The notes beneath the pieces are model-generated. The model was not told where the DNA came from. It did not search any database and saw only the letters and a list, made by a program, of their open reading frames with translations. Below, one piece after another: positions 17,521 through 24,060 of a stretch of 24,060 nucleotides of DNA. This DNA comes from Burkholderiales bacterium. GTDB lineage: Bacteria; Pseudomonadota; Gammaproteobacteria; Burkholderiales; Burkholderiaceae_F. The number at the start of each line of letters is the position of its first letter. The stretch's first letter is position 1. The translations under genes and the position numbers were made by a program. The stretch covers positions 1 through 24,060 of the forward strand of contig JAJPXW010000332.1 of the NCBI GenBank assembly GCA_021205255.1, written 5' to 3'.

Positions 17521-18690
17521 CTATTCTCCTATAAACCCACTAATAAATTCAGTGGCAAGTATGCGGGCCTCCTCATCAGCCTCTATTATTTCTTCTAATT
17601 TTTTTGGGTTTTCCGATGGTGCGCTAAGCATCATCGGTTCGCATATTTTAAATATGTCTGTATATTTTATTTTTCCAGCCAAAAAGGCTTCAACCGCAAG
17701 CTCATTGGCTGCATTCAGCCTAATGCATGCGTACCCTCCTCTGTCTAGGGCTTCATAGGCCAAAGCCAGAAGCGGGAATTTCTTCAAGTTAGGTTCCTCG
17801 AAAGTAAGTTGCCTTACCTTTGCAAAGTTTAGTGGCGCAACACCTGCATTAATGCGTTCCGGATACGCCAAACAGTAAGCAACTGTATTCCGCATGTCCG
17901 GAGATCCGAGCTGTGCCATAACTACATTATCCTCGAATTCGACCATCGAATGGATAATGCTTTGGGGGTGAATTATTACCTCGATTCGATCCTGCGGTAC
18001 ATCGAAAAGCCATCTCGCCTCAATGACTTCCAGCCCTTTATTCATCATGGTTGAGCTGTCCACAGTGATCTTTTTCCCCATCGACCAATTGGGGTGGTGG
18101 GTAGCCTCTTCAGGGGTAACATCCTCCAAAGATTCCCTATGAAGGAAAGGCCCACCAGAAGCAGTCAAAATGATTCGTGCCTTCTCCTTCATAAGTGGGG
18201 TAGCTCCGCGTAGGCACTGGAAAATTGCATTGTGTTCGCTATCGACAGGAAGCAAAAGCGCATTGGAATTCCTAACCAAGTCCATGAGAACTTTCCCGCC
18301 GCAAACAACGCTTTCCTTATTGGCTAAGAGCAATTTCTTACCGGCCTTAGCGGCCGCAAAGGAAGAACGAATTCCAGCTGCTCCGACAATGGCTCCAACA
18401 ACGGTATCAGCATGCGAGTCTTCGGCAACGCCTACTATGCAATCGGCTCCGGCCTCGGCCTTAGCATCGCACCCTCCGGCTTTTAAAGCCTCTTTAAGAG
18501 ATCCGTAAAGCTTCTTATCGGCGACAACAGCCACTTTGGCATTAAAAGCATCAGCGATTCCGGCTAGTTTTTCTACATTTGTATTTGCCGTCACTGCATA
18601 AACGCTATATCGGTCCGGATGCTGACTAACTACGTCCAACGTACTGGTTCCTATGGAGCCAGTGGCTCCTAGGATCGAAAGCCTTTCCAT
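17521..18690 (-). CDS. dxr: 1-deoxy-D-xylulose-5-phosphate reductoisomerase
   Basis: 389 aa. Motifs LGATGSIG, LLANKES, LPVDSEHNAIFQ, TASGGPF, HPNWSMGKKITVDSSTMMNKGLEVIEA and LNAANE. Confidence 0.98.
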   Translation of the reverse strand: MERLSILGATGSIGTSTLDVVSQHPDRYSVYAVTANTNVEKLAGIADAFNAKVAVVADKKLYGSLKEALKAGGCDAKAEAGADCIVGVAEDSHADTVVGAIVGAAGIRSSFAAAKAGKKLLLANKESVVCGGKVLMDLVRNSNALLLPVDSEHNAIFQCLRGATPLMKEKARIILTASGGPFLHRESLEDVTPEEATHHPNWSMGKKITVDSSTMMNKGLEVIEARWLFDVPQDRIEVIIHPQSIIHSMVEFEDNVVMAQLGSPDMRNTVAYCLAYPERINAGVAPLNFAKVRQLTFEEPNLKKFPLLALAYEALDRGGYACIRLNAANELAVEAFLAGKIKYTDIFKICEPMMLSAPSENPKKLEEIIEADEEARILATEFISGFIGE

Positions 18691-18697
18691 TAATGAA

Positions 18698-19552
18698 TTA
18701 AATTCCTTGTATTAAAAGATGAATGAAGACCGTAAGGGGAAGCACGGCAAACTGCGCATCCATCCTATCGTAGAAACCGCCATGACCAGGAAGTAAATTG
18801 CTCGAATCTTTCACGCCTGCATTTCTTTTCAGAGTGCTTTCAAATAGGTCTCCAGTAATCGAATAAAGAACAATAAGAAAAATGAGACCAGCCGAAGCAA
18901 ATTCAGTTGTAGTTCCGATCACGGCATTGGTCCAGAAAGGAGCTGCTGGAATGGTCATCCACGAAAGATAGGCAAGAAAAAGAACAATGACAAAAGCAGA
19001 AATAGCGCCGGCCCAGGTCTTGTTCGGACTAATTCCTGGCGACATCTTAGGACCTTTGAAGTGCGATCCCGCGAAGTAGGCAGAGATATCCGCAACCCAA
19101 ACCAATGCAAGAACGGAAATCATGAATATCGCGCCGTAGTTTCTGTAAAGATACATTAAGGAGAACCAAGCGCAAGGAACGAATATCAAGGCCAGCACCC
19201 AACGCCAAACCGGAGGAACATTCCAACCGACATTACGGCGAAGGAAAATAAGGTAGGTCAAGACAAACCAAATGACAGTTCCTGTCGCTGAGAAGATCAA
19301 TAGGCCTTCTCCTTCCTTTATGGTATGCAAAAGCGGCGACTGGCTTATTTCTGTCCAATAAAGGACTATGCTCATGGCCACGCTACATACGATAGCTAGG
19401 CGGTTATCCCATTCGGCAAGTCTCAGCCACTCCCATAGGCAGCAACCTAGGATTACTGCAGCAAGCGCATCGAACGCCCATGGGCCAATTAGCAGACACA
19501 CTATGACAATGGCTAAAAGAATAACAGCCGTTGTAATTCTCTGACGTAGCAT
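18698..19552 (-). CDS. cdsA: Phosphatidate cytidylyltransferase
   Basis: Multi-TM protein with ISPNKTWAG and GDLFESTLKRNAGVKDSSNLLPGHGGFYDRMD. The ATG at 19552 (MLRQRITTA, the typical CdsA N-terminus; 284 aa) is preferred to the GTG at 19558. Confidence 0.96.
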   Translation of the reverse strand: MLRQRITTAVILLAIVIVCLLIGPWAFDALAAVILGCCLWEWLRLAEWDNRLAIVCSVAMSIVLYWTEISQSPLLHTIKEGEGLLIFSATGTVIWFVLTYLIFLRRNVGWNVPPVWRWVLALIFVPCAWFSLMYLYRNYGAIFMISVLALVWVADISAYFAGSHFKGPKMSPGISPNKTWAGAISAFVIVLFLAYLSWMTIPAAPFWTNAVIGTTTEFASAGLIFLIVLYSITGDLFESTLKRNAGVKDSSNLLPGHGGFYDRMDAQFAVLPLTVFIHLLIQGI

Positions 19553-19571
19553 TTCCACCCTTCTTCATTTA

Positions 19572-20315
19572 TTAGTTAGGTTGTTGAACTTGATCGCCGG
19601 TTTTGCCGAACCGCCTTTGTCTATGTGCGTACCATTGGAGAGCCTCTAAGAAATCCTTCTTTCCAAAATCCGGCCACAGCACGGGGGTGAAGTAAAGTTC
19701 GGCATAGGCGTCCTGCCACAGGAAAAAGTTGCTGATCCTGCTTTCTCCACCCGATCTAATCATTAAATCCACGTCTCCGGAATCAGGAACCTGCAAATAC
19801 TGGGAAAATAGCTTTTCGTCTATCTTGTCAGGCGCAATTCCCTGGGAAACGATTTGGCGGCAAGCGTTAACGATGTCCCACCTGCCGCCGTAGTTTATAC
19901 AGATATTGAGGTTTAGCCTTGTACCTTCTGCCGTCTGTTTTTCGGCAATTTCCATTTGTCTCCGGAGATCTGGAGAAAATCGGCTGGTTTCTCCAGCCAT
20001 TCTTAGCCTTACCCCGACCTTTTGCAGTTCATCCACCTCTTTTGTCAAAGCGGTCATGAACAAGGACATAAGCCCTCCTACCTCTGCCTCAGGTCGATTC
20101 CAGTTTTCACTGGAAAAAGCAAAAAGGCTAAGGTTAGGAATACCAGTCTCTCCTGCGCATTCCACAACTGCCCGGACGGCGTTGACTCCTTTTCGGTGAC
20201 CTGCCAGTCTAGGCATATTTCTTGCTTTCGCCCATCTTCCATTGCCATCCATGACAATTGCCACGTGTCTTGGCAAATTGATTGGCGGATTTAGTTGCGT
20301 TGGATCCTCACTCAT
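19572..20315 (-). CDS. uppS: Undecaprenyl diphosphate synthase (cis-isoprenyl transferase)
   Basis: 247 aa. Motifs PRHVAIVMDGNGRWA, FSSENWNRP, NYGGRWDI and IRSGGESRISNFFLWQDAYAELYF. Confidence 0.98.
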   Translation of the reverse strand: MSEDPTQLNPPINLPRHVAIVMDGNGRWAKARNMPRLAGHRKGVNAVRAVVECAGETGIPNLSLFAFSSENWNRPEAEVGGLMSLFMTALTKEVDELQKVGVRLRMAGETSRFSPDLRRQMEIAEKQTAEGTRLNLNICINYGGRWDIVNACRQIVSQGIAPDKIDEKLFSQYLQVPDSGDVDLMIRSGGESRISNFFLWQDAYAELYFTPVLWPDFGKKDFLEALQWYAHRQRRFGKTGDQVQQPN

Positions 20316-20332
20316 ATCAAAAGATACAGTCT

Positions 20333-20893
20333 TCAGACCGTCATCACTTCCTTGACTTTTTCTTCAATAAGCTTATCGATTTCGCCAATCCATTTATCAG
20401 TTAATTTCTGAACATCTGTATTGGCCTTTCTCTCCTCGTCTTCCGTAATTTCTTTATCTTTAAGAAGAGAGGCTGCTTCAGTATTTACTTCCCTGCGAAG
20501 ATTGCGAATTGCCACCTTAGCGTCTTCGCCTTCGTTGCGTACGACTTTAGTGATCTCCCTTCTTCTTTCTTCTGTAAGGGGGGGCATAGGAACTCTGATA
20601 ACTTCGCCATTATTAGAAGGATTCAAGCCAAGATCCGATTCTCTAATTGCCTTTTCGACAACGGCAATCATTTTTCTTTCCCAGGGCTGGACTGTGATCG
20701 TTCTTGCATCGGCCAGACCAAGCTGCGCTACTTGAGGCAGTGGTGTTGGACTGCCATAGTATTCAACGGTAATTTGGTCAAGGAGCGCGGGATTCGCTCG
20801 GCCTGTTCTAATCTTCGTCAAGTTCTGCTTTAGCGTCTCGATAGTCCGCTTCATATGGTGCTGGGTTTGCGAGAAGAGCTCTTTTAATTCCAT
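20333..20893 (-). CDS. frr: Ribosome recycling factor
   Basis: 186 aa. Motifs [40 protein letters not shown] and AIRNLRR. Confidence 0.98.
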   Translation of the reverse strand: MELKELFSQTQHHMKRTIETLKQNLTKIRTGRANPALLDQITVEYYGSPTPLPQVAQLGLADARTITVQPWERKMIAVVEKAIRESDLGLNPSNNGEVIRVPMPPLTEERRREITKVVRNEGEDAKVAIRNLRREVNTEAASLLKDKEITEDEERKANTDVQKLTDKWIGEIDKLIEEKVKEVMTV

Positions 20894-20937
20894 GATCTAC
20901 TCAACTAAAAATGATGCTTTTCTAATATTAATGCCGT

Positions 20938-20998
20938 ATGCGGGGAATACTGCCAAATATGAGGTCGATGTCCCCAAAACTCACACTCCTCACCGCAT
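20938..20998 (-). ncRNA. Candidate structured 5' leader (or small RNA) upstream of frr
   Basis: Nested helices on the minus strand: AUGCGG/CCGCAU, GAGUGUGAG/CUCAUAUUU (three G.U pairs) and UG-GGGA-CA (GNRA tetraloop). I do not recognise it as a known RNA family. Confidence 0.45.
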
Positions 20999-21004
20999 TA
21001 ATGA

Positions 21005-21040
21005 AGTCTATCATGCCCCGATAAAACTCATAATTGTCAA
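21005..21040 (-). promoter_or_regulatory. Putative sigma70 promoter for the frr-uppS-... operon
   Basis: On the minus strand, an extended -10 TG-A-TAGACT (21013-21005) predicts a start near 20998. A perfect TTGACA lies at 21040-21035, 19 nt from CATGAT. The two readings are alternatives. Confidence 0.5.
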
Positions 21041-21326
21041 AGATGCCTTTCTGAATAGAAATTAGAAGAAAGGAGAAGAGGTTAAATTCGTAAAATGGTG
21101 TTTCAACATTAATTAAAGTGTGAAGAATTTCGAACCTGCCTATCTCTCTAGTCTGTGCCTACAATCGATTGAAAATGCCTATAAATAAGGATTCTCAGTT
21201 GGCTTTGAGCTTTTCTCCAGTAATAAATTGGCGTTGATACCTTAAGCCGACCTTGATGGGTGATCGTATTCCATATTGTTGATTTCCTTGTTTTTCAGGT
21301 AATCTTTAAAGCAAGGAGAATTGCCA

Positions 21327-22643
21327 ATGCTGAGACGAATGCTACTAGGGACGGCTATTTCTGTTTCTCTGTCCCTTATTCCAGGACTAACCTTTGCACA
21401 GTCCATGTCATCGACCGCTGCTGAAAGAGCTATTCCATATAGCAAGAGACCAGAGGTCGCCCGTTTTATACAAGACGTATCCAAAAGACGAGGTCTACCT
21501 GAAGAATGGGTAGTCGAGGTGTTGGACCAAGCCACCTATCAGCCGAAAATCGAACGGTTAATGTCGCCCCGTACTAAGTTGCCCCCTGGCGAAAAGTCCT
21601 TAATGAAAGACTGGGAAAGGTATAGAGCAATGTTTCTAGGCGAACACCGTCTTAAAACCGGTACTAATTTCTGGAAAGAAAACCAGCAATGGCTAGATAA
21701 GGCTAAAGAGATTTACGGCGTAGACCCAGCGGTCATCGTAGCTATAGTTGGTGTAGAAACGGCCTATGGAGAGAACAAAGGCTCTTGGAAAGTGCTCGAT
21801 GCCTTAGTTACCTTAAGCTTCGACTACAAGCGTAGAGCTGATTTCTTCAAGAAAGAACTTGAGGAATTCCTCGTAATGTTAAATAAGAACAATCTTCATC
21901 CAGGCGAAGTTGTAGGCTCTTTTGCCGGTGCAGTAGGCTTGCCGCAATTTATGCCGAGCTCTATACGTCATTATGGCGTGGACTTTGACGGAGACGGCAA
22001 AATTGATCTAACTAATTCGATTCCAGATACGATTGGATCGATTGCCAACTATCTATCCAAAGCTAATTGGCAGCAAGGTCTCCCTATGCTTATTGAAGCG
22101 GAGATTACGCCGGAACACAATCGCCGATTCGGTGGTGGAGTTCTACCGAAATACACACTGAAGTCTCTTGAAGATAACGGTGTTAAACCAACTGTGAAGG
22201 AGCGCTCTTATCCAGAAAGCATTAAAGCATGGGTTGTCGACTTCCCCTACTACATTCCAGGAACCATGAAAGTAGACAGGTTCTACCGCGTCGGCACAAG
22301 AAATTTCTCTTCGGTGCTTAGATATAACAATAGCTATTTCTATGCGGGTGCGGTTGCGGAGTTGGCTACGGCTATTGCTTCGAGAATGAACGAGCCTGGA
22401 TTAATAGAAGGATCCCTTTTGTTAATACCAAAACATCAAAACACACAAGTCGCTTCCGTTAATCCATCGGAGACTAAGCACGTAGCCCAGTCAAAGGCTG
22501 CAAAAGCAAAAGCGACACCAACAAAAACCCATAAGAACACTAGAAAGGCTACCGAACCAGCATCGCCTCCAAAGGAAAAACAACCTGAACCGGAAGCCTA
22601 TCAAGGCAATGTTATTAAGGAGACAGTTGTTCCTAAGGAATAA
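21327..22643 (+). CDS. Lytic murein transglycosylase B family protein (MltB/SltB-like)
   Basis: 438 aa from the ATG at 21327 (AAGGAG 8 nt upstream). Catalytic Glu in IVAIVGVETAYG, GSFAGAVGLPQFMPSS, Ca-binding loop DFDGDGKIDL, SIANYL and YNNSYFYA. Signal peptide without a lipobox Cys. Low-complexity C-terminal tail of 85 aa. Confidence 0.93.
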   Translation: MLRRMLLGTAISVSLSLIPGLTFAQSMSSTAAERAIPYSKRPEVARFIQDVSKRRGLPEEWVVEVLDQATYQPKIERLMSPRTKLPPGEKSLMKDWERYRAMFLGEHRLKTGTNFWKENQQWLDKAKEIYGVDPAVIVAIVGVETAYGENKGSWKVLDALVTLSFDYKRRADFFKKELEEFLVMLNKNNLHPGEVVGSFAGAVGLPQFMPSSIRHYGVDFDGDGKIDLTNSIPDTIGSIANYLSKANWQQGLPMLIEAEITPEHNRRFGGGVLPKYTLKSLEDNGVKPTVKERSYPESIKAWVVDFPYYIPGTMKVDRFYRVGTRNFSSVLRYNNSYFYAGAVAELATAIASRMNEPGLIEGSLLLIPKHQNTQVASVNPSETKHVAQSKAAKAKATPTKTHKNTRKATEPASPPKEKQPEPEAYQGNVIKETVVPKE

Positions 22644-22651
22644 ATTTCTAT

Positions 22652-23371
22652 TTATGGTTTAGCGGAAGTTATCTTTCCGCTAAACGTTCCTATCCCCGAT
22701 ACTCCACCTTCAAATGTCTCATCCGGTTCAATAGGACCTGATCCAGCTGGTGAGCCTGAATAAATAAGGTCACCAGCCGTCAATTGAAAATTCTTGGAAA
22801 GCTCGTTAATAATCTCTGGTATTTTCCAGATCATAGTCCGGGTGTTTCCTCTCTGGCGAACAGTATTGTTCACATAAAGCCAGAGTTCGGCGTTATCCAT
22901 GTCCGGCGCCCTGAACTTTTCCCTCACTTCAGTAATAAGGGCTGCTCTATCAAATCCTTTAGCGAGTTCCCAGGGCTGACGGTTTGCCCTTAATTCATTT
23001 TGCCAATCACGTTTAGTGAAATCGAGTCCAGCGGCATAACCAAATATATAGTCTTCGGCTTCTTCAACGGAAATTTCACCAGTTGAAGGGGCTGTTTTGC
23101 CAATTGCAATAACTAATTCGACTTCCAAGCAAAGGCTTTTAGTATTTCTAGCGTATGGAATATCTACCGATTTGCCTTCCTTACAGACAACTAGACAATC
23201 GGCTGGCTTAGCAAAAAAGAATGGCCGCTCCCTCCCCTCAGTTCCTACTTCCGCAGCATGTTCTGCGTAGTTAGCGCCTATGCAATAAACTCGATGAACC
23301 GGGAAATACTTATCTTTTTCACCCCAGACAGGGACGGCCGGAGTGCATGCAGAAGCAAAAACAAATGGCAT
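22652..23371 (-). CDS. Fumarylacetoacetate hydrolase family protein (FAHD1/YcgM-like)
   Basis: 239 aa. Motifs RVYCIGANYAEHAAE, PFFFAKP, EVEL, GLDFTKRD, WELAKGFD and GDLIYSGSPAG. Substrate unknown. Confidence 0.92.
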   Translation of the reverse strand: MPFVFASACTPAVPVWGEKDKYFPVHRVYCIGANYAEHAAEVGTEGRERPFFFAKPADCLVVCKEGKSVDIPYARNTKSLCLEVELVIAIGKTAPSTGEISVEEAEDYIFGYAAGLDFTKRDWQNELRANRQPWELAKGFDRAALITEVREKFRAPDMDNAELWLYVNNTVRQRGNTRTMIWKIPEIINELSKNFQLTAGDLIYSGSPAGSGPIEPDETFEGGVSGIGTFSGKITSAKP

Positions 23372-23379
23372 ATTGAAAC

Positions 23380-23958
23380 CTAAAAACCTAGTGGTAGAAG
23401 AATGTTTATGATTTTCCAGCCAAGGAATCCTTCGCGGTGGAGCTGAATTGTAACGGTTTGAGCACTAGAAGCCGTATCTGAAATTTTTATAAAGAACTGA
23501 CTTAAATTAGCTCCATAGCCATCCGAAAGAATTAATTCCGACTTCCCTTTTCCCGACTCAATTTTCGTTGCTCCTTCCTTAACTAAGTCTTTTAGTTCCT
23601 TTCCAGCTATCTTTGAGGTATAGGCCTGATTAAGCAAATCGGCGATACCTTGAGGATTCACAATTCTATTTATAAGTAGCACAGCTTCCTCATTGGCTAG
23701 TGCTTGAGCTTCTTGATCACTAGATTTACCCAGAGCGTCAAATTTAATGGCAATCTGGTTTTTCATTTGCTCTACGAGATTGAGACGAACTTGCTCAAAG
23801 TCAACATACTGGGAAATTTGGAATCCGTTATCCGCCAATGCGTCTTCTCGAATTTGGCGCACTACCCACCATGGACTGAAATAGCCACCGAGCACAAAAC
23901 CCAACAGGACTAGCGCCAAAATTGTCCAGCTCCAAAATCTAGGGCTACGCAGCCACAT
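23380..23958 (-). CDS. DUF2939 family membrane-anchored protein
   Basis: 192 aa from the ATG at 23958, which has GGAGG 5 nt upstream; the track's 23970 start has no SD. One N-terminal TM, then YFSPWWVVRQI...QYVDFEQVRLNL and C-terminal LHREGFLGWKIINI, matching the DUF2939 pattern as I recall it. Confidence 0.72.
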   Translation of the reverse strand: MWLRSPRFWSWTILALVLLGFVLGGYFSPWWVVRQIREDALADNGFQISQYVDFEQVRLNLVEQMKNQIAIKFDALGKSSDQEAQALANEEAVLLINRIVNPQGIADLLNQAYTSKIAGKELKDLVKEGATKIESGKGKSELILSDGYGANLSQFFIKISDTASSAQTVTIQLHREGFLGWKIINILLPLGF

Positions 23959-24060
23959 AGTTTCCTCCATAACTTTGTGCCAATAGTAGCCAAGTTATTT
24001 CATCAAAAAGATCTGGAAGTGTCTTCTTGGGAATATAAAACTCGTGTTAATCCTTAATAC

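Noticed and set aside
21070-21112. SD-like AAGGAG followed by the mini-ORF MVFQH, considered as a type I toxin
   Set aside because: The ORF has five codons, the SD is about 20 nt from the ATG, and there is no hydrophobic helix.
20894-21326. Known RNAs in the frr-mltB gap (6S, SRP, tmRNA, RNase P, t44/rpsB leader, SAH or ZTP riboswitch, retron msr-msd)
   Set aside because: The diagnostic conserved sequences I know were not found by eye, and there is no reverse transcriptase in the window. An Rfam scan is still needed to exclude them formally.
21242-21535. 97-aa minus-strand ORF overlapping the start of the transglycosylase gene
   Set aside because: It is antisense to a well-supported gene and its SD, with no recognisable motif. 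Treated as a shadow ORF.
784-23913. The remaining short ORFs of the six-frame track nested within or antisense to the called genes
   Set aside because: All overlap confidently identified conserved genes and show no family motifs.

Overview
This is a housekeeping-rich window from a betaproteobacterium. The gene order frr-uppS-cdsA-dxr-rseP-bamA-skp-lpxD-fabZ-lpxA-lpxB-rnhB-trmH <ppsR/ppsA>, then nfeD ... smpB, is Burkholderiales-like. Sutterellaceae is my inference and was not checked. Left to right: smpB (+); a minus-strand block between smpB and ppsA (MdtG-like MFS exporter, iron-containing alcohol/aldehyde dehydrogenase, a 177-aa hypothetical, an NfeD-family protein); the divergent ppsA/ppsR pair; the 14-gene frr-to-trmH operon (-); a 433-bp intergenic region; an MltB-family lytic transglycosylase (+); and a DUF2939 plus FAH-family pair (-). 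I found no tRNA, rRNA, CRISPR array, transposase or phage gene, and I cannot support a new multi-gene system here. The most promising unexplained signals are: (1) a structured RNA-like element that starts at the predicted transcription start of frr, at the point where pyrH normally sits; (2) a second long hairpin in the same gap; (3) an NfeD gene without its usual SPFH/stomatin partner, followed instead by an uncharacterised gene; (4) acyl-ruler residues in LpxA and LpxD that predict an unusual lipid A chain pattern; (5) an EKR variant of the conserved SmpB DKR motif. Several starts in the ORF track were re-assigned using Shine-Dalgarno (SD) and overlap evidence. All alignments and RNA folds were done by eye.
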